64,000 nt of DNA. Source: Rhizophagus irregularis (lineage: Eukaryota). Positions 50,288-63,800 of this stretch are shown piece after piece (positions within the stretch are counted from its first letter, which is position 1; every line of letters begins with the position of its first letter). The position numbers and the translations under genes are program-made. A model generated the notes under the pieces. It was not told the origin of the DNA. It saw only the letters and a program-made list of their open reading frames with translations, and did not search any database. The stretch is from positions 1,116,001 to 1,180,000 of the forward strand of contig NC_089434.1 of the NCBI RefSeq assembly GCF_026210795.1, in the 5' to 3' direction.

Positions 50288-50836
50288 ATGAATTCTTTTA
50301 TTTATCTATTTTACGAATGCTTTTGCAATTCAGCATCCAACGAACTTTTTATATGATCGCCAAGTGATTGATGAATTGAGTGGATTCAGAAATTGTACTG
50401 ATTATGATTATCCAATAAAATTAACTGAGTTGAGTTTCGTCCCATATCCAATTGTTATTGGAAAATGGTTTTTTGCGAAATCTACTGGAATTAACAAAGT
50501 TGCAATACAGCAAGGAGCAACTATTACATCTTCATTTTCCTACAGCGGTAAAACATCTATTAAAAAATTAGATTTTTGTAGTGTATTTAGATGTCCTTTT
50601 GTAGCTGGAAATTTTAATGAAACTGTGTTAAACATCTTGCCATCTGGCCCTAATGATCCTGTTAATACGAATTTTATCTTTGATACTAAGTTTGAAGGTA
50701 AGTATGCAGTAATTTAATTATTTGTGAAGTAAATCAATAAATAGACTCTAACGCTAATATTTGAAATTTAGTTGATGGAACTGATCAAATGAAATTGATG
50801 TGTATTGAAGGTCCTTTAGCAATTAATTTTCCTTAA
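50288..50836 (+). pseudogene. ML-domain (MD-2/NPC2-like lipid recognition) secreted protein, frameshifted just after the ATG
   Basis: Signal-like ILLFIYFTNAFA, FRNC, LSFVPYPIVIG, LDFC....CPFVAGNF, intron 50698-50771, then VDGTDQMKLMCIEGPLAINFP*. ATG 50288 is one base out of frame. Confidence 0.72.
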
Positions 50837-50876
50837 CTCTAAAATTATATAACAACTCTCATGAAAATTATTATCC

Positions 50877-50898
50877 GGGCGGGGCGGGCGGGGCCGGG
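50877..50898 (+). other. G-quadruplex-competent motif GGGCGGGGCGGGCGGGGCCGGG
   Basis: Five G-tracts of at least 3 with 1-2 nt loops, in very AT-rich context, 40 bp after the ML gene stop. Confidence 0.6.
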
Positions 50899-51059
50899 CA
50901 GTTAAAATTTATATTTTGCATTATAGCATTAAACATTTTTATTTATAAAATGCTTTATTTATTTATTGCATAGCAAAATCGGTAGTGTTATAAATACAGA
51001 AACGAATAATGCAATTAGTATAGTTTGTCAGTTACATATAATTATGCTAATTATGCTAA

Positions 51060-52292
51060 TTAGTCCGGAGCGAAGCGAAGGACTATATACTATTCGTAAC
51101 GGTTTCACAAATGCCCCGTTGTCCGCCCGCTTGTCCTGTGAGTCGATGCATACAATACATATGTTACGTGCTTTATTTCTTGATAAAGCAAAATGTATCA
51201 TGTTCATTATATAGATTGACTGATTGTCCAAACTCCAAAAGCAAATGTCACGTCGCGTTCTTTCCTTTTCCTTCATTCTTCTCTTTCCTCTCTCTTCCCT
51301 TTTCCCCCTTCTCTCTTACTTTCCGTTGAAAGATAACATTTTCTAGTGTTCGATTTTTTTCTTTTTAGGCTGTCCTTTTAGACTTCCCGGACGTGACATT
51401 TCAGTAGGGTTTCATTTTTTTTTCTTAATTTTTTTTTATCTTAATGAAAAGGTTTTAACATTCTTTTTTCTTTCTTTAGATGGTTGCTTTTTAGCTCTTT
51501 TGACACAGAATCTTGGTTAGGAAATCTGGAAATATATTTTTTTTCGAATTTATTTATTCTAACGAAACTTTCAATTATTCCTTTTTTTTAGATGGTTGAT
51601 GACGTTTAAATCCAAACAAAAGACTAAAAGAACCTTTTAATTACCAGCAGTGCTAATGAAAAATAATGAAAAAAATGTCTTATACGCGTAGAATTTTGGT
51701 GGACTTCACTTTTTTTAGACTTTTTTTCTTTTTTCTTTTAACGAACTGTTTCTAACAGTTCGTTGTCTTTTTTTAGACGGTACATAGAATTTCGGTGGCT
51801 AACCATACGATCTGATGTAATATTATTAGTTTTGTTTTTTTTTAAATTTTTTATTATTTTTAACGAACTTTGTTATAATATTGTAGTTCTTTTTTTTATT
51901 TTGATAGGCGGTCGGTTTTGACTCTTTGGCTTTTAATTCATCTTTTTTAACGAAATGGTTATTAAAGATGATAATCACATGACACTAGATAATAATCAAA
52001 CAACCAACCAACTTCTCTCTTATTTACATTTCGTTATTTTCTTTTTTTCAGGCGGTTGGTTCCTTAGATTCTGAGAGGTGGTTATCGGATTTTTATTTAA
52101 AAAAAATTTTTTAACAAAATGATCATTAATGCTTCGTTATTTTTCTTTCTTTATTTTAGGTGACCAGTTTCTCGAATCTCCTTGGTGGATTTCGATAAAG
52201 ATGGGAGTGTTAATATATATCATGTGTTATTTGATCACGTGCCTTATCGCTCATTCGCTCCGGACTTAACAACGTGTTACCATTTCCCTAGT
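51060..52292 (+). mobile_element. Helentron-associated non-autonomous element (HINE/DINE-1-like)
   Basis: 5' AGTCCGGAGCGAAGCGAAGGACT (self-hairpin). 13-bp subterminal inverted copy TTCGCTCCGGACT at 52254-66, about 26 bp inside an end at CTAGTTTT. GTCC-like repeats after the 5' end. No TSD. Confidence 0.65.
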
Positions 52293-52303
52293 TTTATCAA
52301 ATA

Positions 52304-52812
52304 CACAGTGAAATTCGATAAACCGGATCTTCGATAAACCGGATTTGGGCCTAAACCGGACTTTTTTGCTGGAACCAAATCACGTATATTAAAATAGGTT
52401 CGATATACCGGAGTTTACTAGTAAAAGCTCGATATTCGCTATTACGGATCAATTTTCTAACCAGCTATAGTAAAAAATGATTCGATAAACCGAATCACGT
52501 GATCATTAACCAATAAAATTTAAGTAACGTGATGCGGTAAATCTTAATTTTGGCCGGAATTATAAAAATCTTAATTCCGGCTGAAGTTTTGTATTACTTA
52601 TATATTTAATTAAAATATTTTATATTCATTTTCATGACCTCTATGACTTAAAACTAAGATGAAAAATTTAATTATATGGTGTATATTAATTTTATTAGCA
52701 TGAAAATTTTTTAAAAATTCTGTATAATAGATTTTCAATATATCGAAATTTTTTCGCTAAACCGGATATTTTTAGTGGAACCGACAGATCCGGTTTATCG
52801 AATTTCACTGTG
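52304..52812. mobile_element. Tc1/pogo-type MITE, 509 bp
   Basis: TIRs CACAGTGAAATTCGATAAACCGGATCT / AGATCCGGTTTATCGAATTTCACTGTG, flanked by TA. Internal TTCGATAAACCG repeats. Confidence 0.9.
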
Positions 52813-55278
52813 TACTACTATACTCTATAGTATGATGATAAAAAAATTAATTATTATAATTTTTTAATTATTCATCAATTTGTAAAGAGTTTACTTAATC
52901 TGGTGTAACCAAGTTTAATCTACTAGTGAATAATCGTTCATATCGCATAGGTCATGTGACCAGTAATCAGCAAGTTTCACTTTTAAAGTGGTTTCAACAT
53001 GTTCAATATACTACATAGTATGTCAAAAATTCAAGGCATGTACTATACAATAAATATAGAGTTTTTGCAGTTCGTAGTTACACTATACTCAACTCTAGAA
53101 TATATTGTAAAAGGAATTACCGTCATTTTTCATTTTGTGTTTGTCAAATACATACTATAAACCTATACTTGTAATAATTAACTTGAAATTTATCAAATTT
53201 AACATCTGCCGTAATGTGTGTATTTGAGGGTAAAGGCTAAAAAGTCAAACAACGTTCTTAAATAGAATGAATAGAAATGGATTTGTAAATAAATTATGTA
53301 ATATATGCTGTACTTACATGTTTATGAGCAACTGCAGCTTCTATCTACTATTGTATGTTGTTAATAATAGTGTAACCATAGCTTCTACTATTGTATGTTG
53401 TATATACCTGTACAGTACATTCGTATTTACCCGAATTTTTGTCTTCATTGGTAACGTAAGAAAGTAACTTTAAAATAATCCTCTCTGCTTCTTTTACTAT
53501 CATTATTTGTTATTTAACTTCGTTGCACATTAGCTTTTGATATTTTACTTAATTATTGAGTACGGTATGATAAGGGAAATTTCCCGTTTAATATAAGTTC
53601 ATTTTTGCGATAGAAATCTCCTGTTACAATGTTACAATAACAATCACGATAGGGTTATTCCGTTTATCATGCATAAAACCTTTGTTCCGAAATAATATAA
53701 AAAGATAACAATTTGAAATATTTTATTTGTATTACAAAAGAGATCGTACTGAATTTCGCACCGAATAAAGCAGTATGAAACGATAAAAAAAAAAGAATAC
53801 GAACGTTTCTGATAATTCTAACCAATTTTATGAACGAAATGTTTTAAGGAAAGTAAATCGAAAATGTTGAAAATGTTAAAAAGTTATAAACCATTGTTTA
53901 TACATGCAACGCAATTCACTATTCGAGTGAGATAAATCGTATATATTCATATGAATTATAGATCTGTAAAATGATGTAATGTCCATTATTTAACTCCTTA
54001 AAATGCGCCTTAGGATTTAGATCTTTGCGCAGTATAATTGGTTCATTTACTTCTAAAAAAGATAAATATACATTATCAGATATAGTTGCAAGTATAAACA
54101 TTTTGGGAATAATGGTCAATGTGCAAGTAGCATGCATTTGATAAACAAAAAAAGAAATAATCGAAGATTTAAACTATAATAAGTTTAAGTTAAATTTCAT
54201 ATAGAAGACTTAGATAGAAGTTTGGCGTATCTATCGAACAAAAACAAACAGAATAAAAAAAAACAAACCTGACGTAAGTATAGTTTACGTATGCCTTAGA
54301 ATTAAAAAGTGAGCATCGGATTATTCTAAATTGTTCGGATTTGAAAATCCATCAAAAAAATAAAAAAAAATACATTTAAAAATCTAAGGATTTACACGGT
54401 TATCAACAATTTGGGTAATTTATTTATTGATTATTTTAAGGAATGGCGTAAAAAAATAATGTTAAACCTAAAATCCAAAAAGAATATTTAATACATATTA
54501 TAACACATGATTATCAATCACTTTCTTTAAATATGCTAAGCATAAAAAAGAAAATGGCAAATTTAAAATGTTTGATGTTGCAAATATTTTTCTTTTTTTA
54601 GCCTGTAAATATTCATAAATCATTTTTTTTTTATTTTTTTATTTTTTTAAGAAAAAGATAAAAAAGATGATCTTTTGATGTTCAAAATTTTTTTTTTCAT
54701 TGGTTCCAAAAATAGTTCTGTATATAAAATCTCATGCAAGTATTTGAAATTCAAGAAAATCGTTTTTTAAAAGTGTATTAGTAAATTTTTTTTTAGGGAT
54801 TACCGAATAAGTCGTTTTGTTTTTTTCATTTATTTGTCTTACGCTGTTTACAGTAACATATTTACAATTCCTCTATAAGGCAATCACGCGACGTCAAATA
54901 AGGATGAAATGCCCAATTAAAAATTCTTGTTTCAAATTCGTAATACATGGCGCTTGCCGTATTCTCCGTATTCCCGTTAAATTAAATGAACTACTTCTTG
55001 ATTACGCCCCGGAAAGTTACGGGTTTTCATTTATTAACTTTATTTGTTTTAAAAAAATATGTTAATCACAAAAGAATAAGTCTAACCATGTTTCGGCGTA
55101 AATGATATCATAATAAATATCCACCACGTATATAATATATATCCGGTATATATCCGGTTAGTATCAGAATTCGAAAAATTATATAAATAAATGCCATAGT
55201 TTATTTAAAATTATCAACTAGGTTTTTTTATTAAAAAAAAAAAATTATTTTTTTTATAGAGAAATTCCATAATTCAAT

Positions 55279-57248
55279 ATGGTGGTCTCTCTTCAAATAT
55301 TTTATTTTATCGCATTATCGTTCCTTCTCTCACTAGTGATAACTCCTTTTTATGTTTTTGAGCCAAAAACAACTCCATTAGAAGACTCAACAAATGTTGA
55401 GCTTCACGGAAATTTTCTTCATATAACAGATTTTCATCCAGATCCTAATTACGTTTCTAACGTTACTGCAAGATCAAGATGTCATGAAGTTTTTCAAGAT
55501 ACAAAGAGACCAAAACATATGAAAAAAGGTATATCTGGTCCTTGGGGAGCTCCGGCAACCGTTTGTGATTCTCCTTTTAGTCTTATAGATACAACTTTTG
55601 AGTGGTTAGAAAATAATTGGAAAAATAAACTTGATTTTGTTATATGGACCGGAGATAATGCTAGGTAAATTTTTTGTAACCTTTTGAAAAAAAAATTTTA
55701 TTAATATTTCATGCGCAAGCAAACATCAAGTATTTAAGTATTAATATTCACCTCTTATTATTTTATTTATATAGGCACGATAATGATGATAATTTTCCTC
55801 GAAAACCAGAAGAAGTATTCATGTTAAATCGTATGATAGCTGAAAAATTTCTAAAAACTTTTGGTGACGAAAATAATTTTAGAAAAAAACGTGGTCCACA
55901 TTTCATTCCTATTATACCATCAATAGGAAACAATGATATTCATCCTAATAATATCATTTCCTCAGGACCAAATGATGTTCTTACAATACTTTATAATATT
56001 TGGTCTCCTTTTATTCCTAAAGGACAACATAAAACTTTTCTTAATGGAGGATATTTTTATACAGAAGTCATACCTAACAAACTTATGGTTGTTTCATTAA
56101 ATACGTTATATTTTTATAAAGCTAATACTGCCGTTAATGGATGTAAAGAAGCAGATCAACCTGGTACAATTGAAATGAAATGGTTGAATGATATTTTGAA
56201 GAAAGCGCGTAAACGTGGAATGAAGGTTTATTTGACGGGTCACGTTGCTCCAAGAGCTAAACAATATACAAGATCATGTTATAGAAGATACGGACGATTG
56301 GCATTAAAGTTTCACGATATGATATTAGGACATTTTTATGGACATTCTAATATGGATCATTTCTTCTTCATTGATGCCAAATCTATAAGGAGACGTACTC
56401 GAAGACGACGCAAGTTTCTCGTAGATGATGCAAATATATACGATGATAAAGAAGAAGATATATATGATGTCGATGATGACGATATCGATGATGATGATGA
56501 CGATGATTATTACGATGACGAAGACGAGTATGAGGAAGAAGATGAGGAGGAAGATGATGACAATGATGAAAGTCTTGAAATCAAAAGTCAAGAAGTTCAA
56601 AAAGATGACGATTGTGATGATGATGAAGAAAATGGAAAAGTTGAAACAAATGTTTATGATATTGACAACTATACGAAGAGACTTATTAATCACTATAATA
56701 AAGTTCTTCCGCGTTCTAGAGAATTCGTAGAGAAAGAATATGCTGTTATACATATTAATCCATCTATAATTCCTACATTCTTCCCGGCTTTGAGAATATT
56801 TAAGTATAATACAACTGTGGTAACAAAAGGAGATATAAAAGAAGATACTAAAAAAGATACAATAGATGATGATGTCGATTCAACAAGAAGACGTAGAAGA
56901 GATCGTTCCTCAGCCACAAACACTTTCTTGACGCCTTTAGGATATACGCAGTATTTCATAAATCTCACTCATGCAAATTTATATCCAAACATTACACCAG
57001 AATATACAATTGAATATACTACATGGGACGACTATCATATGAAAGATTTGACCGTTTCAAGTTGGCTTCAATTAACACAAAAAATTGTAAGTCGTGGCTT
57101 AAGAAGTTCTTTGTGGAAAAAAATTCAAGAACATTTAATGGTAGGAACGAGATCTTTAATTAGAAGAAAAAAGAAGAAACATTATGAACCTGCAGAAAGT
57201 CGTGAAAAGGGTCCAGAAGATTATTTGGTTTCAGAACTTGCGTTTTAA
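55279..57248 (+). CDS. PPN1: Endopolyphosphatase Ppn1-like metallophosphoesterase (2 exons, 619 aa)
   Basis: Exons 55279-55664 and 55775-57248. N-terminal TM, FLHITDFHPD, CDSP, IWTGDNARHD, PSIGNND, LTGHVAP, GHFYGHSNMDHF, PSIIPTFFPALR, GYTQYF..L, EYTT. Confidence 0.9.
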
Positions 57249-59720
57249 AACCTTTTTGTAGAAAACCCTTTTTTTCCCTAATTGTAGATATTTTATTTTT
57301 TTTTTATTGAAAAATCTTGTATATCCAAGTTTTTTTTATATATATAATAGAGTATTTAGAATTTATTTCAAGATTTTAATTCATTTATTACATTAAACTC
57401 GCATTGTATTTATATCACATTATCATATAGAATTTTTAATTTCTTCAGATTTATTAATTTCATTTTTTACAAAAGACAACAATAGAATAAAAAAAACATA
57501 TAAATTATTCTTGAATCAAAAAAAAAAATTTAAAGTGAAAAAATTTATACATGTACTTAAAAAGAAATTGGTAAAAAGATTTGTATAATCATTTTTGTTG
57601 CACTCCAAATTCGTTATTTAATAATAATATGAAACCACGTTATCTGTTATTCTCGAATCATAAAAAAAAAAATAACGGGAAGAAATTTGTACGTGTGGTT
57701 AGCATTTGTATAGGTAATCATTTTTTGTTGCGCTATGATATTCAAATATCTAATTTATATCTGTTATCTGTTATTCCAACATTTTGACGCTTGAGATCTG
57801 ATTGATATCATGTGATCTCTGATCTCATGAAGACAACAGTCTAACATTCCATATCGAGGTTTTTAAACTCCTGTAATCTACCCACTATGGGAATTTTTGA
57901 TGTGGCTTATATTTAATCTCGAGACACCACAAAAACAGTATTTTTGTTTTGACCTGACTAACGCTGTATTTCCAGTAAAAAATCTCATCTCGATAGGCGA
58001 TAGCCGATATTATATTCACAATCAATTTTATAACTATTTTTTGTCAAATATCAATAAGAAAATATGGAAATATACGATTTTGACGACGACGCGTGTCTTG
58101 TAGAAATATTAGAGACAATTGGAAGGCGAGAAACTGCGCTCTGTTAGGAAGGACTGCGAGTCACTACGCTATTGTGAACTGCGGGTTACTAAGTTTATAA
58201 GTCTTGGGGGCTTTGAACCATTCAAGACCTAACCGTTGTATCCCGTAACCGTTTTTAAAACTGGTTCACTATAAATATAGAATTGCTGCTTTGGGAGACC
58301 TAAAAAACAAAACTCTAAGCGGGTCTGATTTGTGAGTATATATTTGTCAGATTCTTGTTATTTAACTACAAAAATAGTTCATTACAATTATTACAATTTC
58401 TATTTCTTTTTATAAGGAAGTGTTATGAAATATTAAAGAGGTATTGCTTCAGCTGTTGATACGGAAATTGAAAGACGGGACTGAAGCAAGGGTTTCAACA
58501 AAAAAGACAAAGAATCGCTCCAAAAAAAAAGAAAAGGAAAAATCAGCGAACACATAATTTCCTTGCTACCGAGTTTAATATGAATAAGTTTCTTAAAAAG
58601 ACTCAATGTGAGTCTTTATTAACATGATTTTAGTGAGAGTCTTGATTGTGAATTACATAATATTCAAGAGAAAAAGGTTGATGCAATGGAAAATCTTGGG
58701 TGAGGGAGACAATGAAGAAAGAAATTTCATTGTTGATTGATCATAGATATCAAAATATATTTCATTTTATTATATTGGAAAATGATAAAACCTACATACG
58801 TTGTATGTTATGCGGTGTGGGCGTGTACATGCGTCGGAATAAAAGAAAAAAAGACCAATTCAGGCGAATTTATTAGTTTCAAATTGCATTACCATAACTA
58901 TTGATATACTCGTTTCTTAATCCTTTCCCTCCATCGATTCGATAACAATTCACTTAACAATCATTAGAATTTTCAAATATGGTGAGTTTTATTAATAATG
59001 TTTTGGGGTTTTTTTTGATACTCTTTAATAATTTGTAATTTGATAAGAGTATCAGTCTGTTCTCTCATTCTAATAACTCTGATATTATGATACTAGGATA
59101 ACCTTTATACAGACAAACCGTGATTCATAGATCGAAAAAATTTAATTGAAAAAATCGAACGAGTCACGTGATTTTCGTGCGTCACGTTAAATTAAAAATC
59201 ATATCACGTAATCGTGCTATACTTACTATACTTGCTATACTTGCTATAAATTACTCAATTCTTACCACAATTCCAGGAATTCAAATATTGTGATACCGTA
59301 AGTTTATTTTTTTTTTAGTAAAGTGTGTTACGTTTTAATTATTGTTATGGACAAACTCATTTTTTATTGTTGTAGTTTGTTAATTATAGCAGAATGATTT
59401 CAAACCTTATTTCAGTAATTTTATAATAAAGGAAAAAAATTTTTTGCTAAATTTAAATTTATTTATAAAAAATGAGTATTTTGGTTTAAAAAAAAATTCT
59501 CTAATGAGATATGTATAAATGCGTTCCAGATATGTATGTGCGTCTCAGATATGTGAAATAGATTGAATAAAATTGGATTATTTACAATACAAATTAAGAC
59601 ATTTGTAAGAAATCCTGCTACTTTTAATCTTAGTGGAGTGGGTAAATAATTTTAAAATAAAAATAATAAAAAGAAAATTTTATAATAAGGGATATAAGGG
59701 ATGAAAAAATTCGTTTATAT

Positions 59721-62110
59721 CTAAATATCTAGAAAAAAAAATTTTTATTAATAAGAAAGAAAATTTTGGCCGTTGTACCTTTAACTTCCGTTCACTTCCG
59801 TTCACATAAAAAAATAAAATTTACCATCGAGAGAATCCGATCCATCTTGTCTTTCAGAATGATATACTTCATCATCGTCGTCTTTATTACAATAAAATAA
59901 AAATTAATTTAAAATTATTATAATTATGATAAATACTATAAATATAAATACTGTATATTATGACATTTTTACTTTACCATCAAAATCCGATCCTTTTGTT
60001 TGTGGGTTTGATTTATTTTTATCATCGTTATTAACGTCTAAATAACGATCATTATTTACGTTAATAAATTTAATAAAACAATATCTGATATGATAATATT
60101 AACATTTTTTTACTTACCATTCTTTTTCTGTAATTTTTTAAGCATTTTAGTTAACTTTTTATTTTTGGCTAAAAATTCGAAATATAAAATATATCAGATA
60201 AATCATTACTTATAAAAAAATTTTACCAAAAAAAAAATATATATATATCAAATAAAATTACCCTTAAAAATCTTTGATATGCTTTTATTATTCTTATTGT
60301 TATCTTCTAGAAAAAAAGAAGAAAGATAAAAATTAATAATTAAGAATTTAATTATACAAATTATACAATAAATTCAATAAATTCAATAAAAAAATACTTA
60401 CTATTATTATATTCATGTAATTTACTATAAAACACTATAAAATAAAAATAATTTAATTTAATATTACCGTAAAATATATTAATATAATACCGTAAAAAAA
60501 ACGTATATATATATATCTATATTTACCTTTTATTTCATCTATTTATTTATTTATCATTAAAAGAAAAAAAAATTTGTTAATAATATATAATTGGAAAAAA
60601 AATAATATATATATATTTATTATATATTTACCTTCTGTTGCATTCCTTGGTTCAGGTAAATTTTCAAATTGATAAATCTTACTTGTAAATAATTTACTAT
60701 TTATACTATTACTTGCTTTATTTAATTTTAAATCATCATACATTTCTGTTTTAACAGAATCATCCGTTATACCTTGATAATATGAATTCATTTCTCTTAT
60801 TTTTTTCATAAGTGTAAAAAGATCAGGTCTTTTTAATGGATTAGCATCCCAACATTGTTCCATTAAATTTTTATATTCTACAGGAATTTTTAAAGTAACT
60901 TTTGGTCTTATACCATTAATAATATTAATTGCAAGATTATAATTATGACCATAATTTATAAATGGAGGATGACCAGATGAAATTTCCCACATTAATATTC
61001 CAATACTATAAATATCAGATTTAAAGGTATAATCAATTTCTTTAATAACCTCAGGTGCTATATAAGGAAGATTTCCATATATACATGATGAAGGTTTATT
61101 AGCGGGACCAGAAAATCCAAGATCACTAATATACCATTGATTATTAAGTTGTGAATATAAAATATTTCCTGAATGTAAATTTTTATGAATTGAATTTTCT
61201 TTATGAATAACATAAAGTGCTCTAATTATTTCAAAAGTAATATTAATTTTTTGTTTCCAATTAAGTTTATTATGATTCTGTTGTAAATATTTTCTTAAAT
61301 CTATATCCCTTATATCCATTACAAGCATATAATTTCTATTTGATATGTCTTGTGTTAAACCATAACATTTGACAATATCTGAATGTTTATTGCTTATAGA
61401 TAAATGTGATTTAGCCTATAAAAAAAAAAAAGAAATTTGTTAAATATTAAATAAAACATAAATTTTTAGAATTACAAAAGATTTTATTATTTACAAACCT
61501 CATCAAACCAACTTTGATTTGCACTTTCAATATTTTCTAATTTTTTAAGTACAACTTTTGTAATTAAATTTTGTATTCCAGGTCTTTCAACTCTTTTTAA
61601 TTGACGAATTTTAATATCCCATTCTTTATAACAACCACCAATCCAATCTGCAGTATAAATATCTGAATAACCATCTTTTGTTAAACATTTAATATTTTGT
61701 AATTTATTAAAAGGGATCCATTCAATTATCATTTGTGGATGAAGAATTTCCATTTGACATTTTTGTATTAAATTATCAATATTATTATTACCAGATGACC
61801 AATTTAAAAATTTTGATTTTAAATGATTTCTAATACAATATTCACAATATAATGTACCTAAACATTTTTCTTTACAATTTTCACATATCCTTTTTTTTCC
61901 TGAATTTTTAAGAATTTTTTCTCGATCATATTCTTTATTTAACCATTTTATTGCTTCAATTTTTTCAAATTTTGTAAGTGTATTATCATTATGTATTGTT
62001 TGTTTACGAAATTCATGTCTTTTATGTATGTCATTGTGAATATTAAAATCTGTTAATCCATGAGATCTAGTAATTGCTGCGGAAACGAATTTATCTCGAA
62101 TGTCAGACAT
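59721..62110 (-). CDS. TKL-like pseudokinase, 9 exons, 553 aa
   Basis: Exons 62110-61499, 61415-60632, 60538-60527, 60434-60402, 60306-60262, 60168-60118, 60037-59978, 59881-59825, 59728-59721 splice in frame with GT-AG. CENC/CEYC, NWSSGN, EWIPF, VVLK, HKNLHSGN (HRD lost), SDLG, APE, SDIYSIG. Confidence 0.82.
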
Positions 62111-63512
62111 GGAATTATTATTTTTTTTTTAGAAAAATAAATAAAAAAAAAAATTAGATAAACAAATAAATAAAAAGTTTTGAAAAAAAAAGAAATTTTG
62201 TGAAAAAAGAAAAAAAAAAATAACGGCGATATAAAGGGAAAAAAAAGAGTGGCTAAATCGGAGTTTTATCCGAAAATATTTACTAAAACGTTTCACCCTC
62301 ACGTGATTAAATTTTCCTTAATTATCACAACGGGCGTTCGTCACGTTATTTGTCACCATTAATCATGTGAAAATGAAACTTCACTTGTGGCGTACCAAGG
62401 TAATTAATTAAGAAAGTTCATTTTTATTGGATAAAAAAAAATCCATTTAATAATTATTATAGTCGGTTAAATTTGGGATTGAATGTAAAAAAAATGATAA
62501 TGATAATTAAAATACTATTTTTATAAATCCTTTGTAAAACAATGAAAATTGTAAACAATATTAAAAATATTTTAAGATATTACAATGGTTTTTTTTTTGT
62601 CGCGCGATGTGAATTTAAGGGGAAGGTTATTCACTATCCAATCAAAAATGATAAATTATAACTATCCAAATAGAGAATAATATTTAGTCATTTCATTACG
62701 GATTATGATTAGAATTAATAATTTCTTTATTGTATAATTACGATCACAAAAGTACATAATTATCATTAATGACAATTTAATCAAAAAAAGTTTCATATAT
62801 AATTTAATCTATTTTATAAAAGTTTACTACTGTATCGAATTTTAAATTATTTACTTTTCCACTTTTCCTACTTTTCCTCTTATTAGTAGGTCAAACGTTT
62901 AAATAAATTTATATTACCGTTACGGATTATAATTAATTTTTTTTGTAAACTAAACCCGACCCATTAACTGTTAATATAATATTAATTATGGATAATTACG
63001 ACCATATAAATACATAATCATCATTCATATTTAATCAAGGTTTTACATAATTTAATCTATTCGTTATAAAACATTGTACAAAATTTCAAATTAAAAATTC
63101 TAGATAATTTACTTTTCCTGTTAATAATCTTAATTTATCCAGTAGGCTGAACTTTTTTTTTTTTTAAAAAAAAAATTTATTTTACTGAATATTATTCGGT
63201 TTTAAAATTTTTTTCTTTATAATATTATTATTTTTAAAATTAATAATACGAAACATTAAAACCTATTTTTTTTTAGCGCTATACTTTTATATATAAATAA
63301 ATCATCAATGGAGTAAAGTTGAGAAATTCGATTGTTAAAATAACTCAAGAAAAAATTCAACATAAAATCTTTTCCGTGGTTTCAGCATATGCACAACGAA
63401 ATTCGATATACTGCACCGGTTACATTAATATATCGATTTCCTTGGGACATCCATGTCGACATACCATATCTTCGTAAAAAAGGTCACAACTGAAAAAGTT
63501 TTTGCATTAGGG

Positions 63513-63800
63513 GCTTCTGGCCATTTGAATATTTGGTGGCAACTACCGCATAGCGCTGCATATAGAACTCCCGAGAAACTCAGCTTAGATTGAATAGTAC
63601 CCTGGGGGTACAATAGTACCATAATACCCTAGTACTATATAAGGGGAAGTACATCAAGCTTCTGGTCATTTGGTTAAATATTTGGTGGCAACTACCGTAT
63701 AGCGCTGCATATAGAACTCCCGAGAAACTCAACTTAGATTAAATAGTACCCCGGGAGTACAATAGTACCATAGTACCATAGTACTATATAAGGGAAATAC
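63513..63800. repeat. Two-copy tandem repeat, period 145 bp
   Basis: GCTTCTGG..ATATTTGGTGGCAACTACCG.ATAGCGCTGCATATAGAACTCCCGAGAAACTCA..TAGTACTATATAAGGG starts at both 63513 and 63658. Confidence 0.9.

Noticed and set aside
56325..56968. Alternative-frame and antisense ORFs within PPN1
   Set aside because: By-products of the GAT/GAA-rich acidic tract, which lacks stops in other frames.
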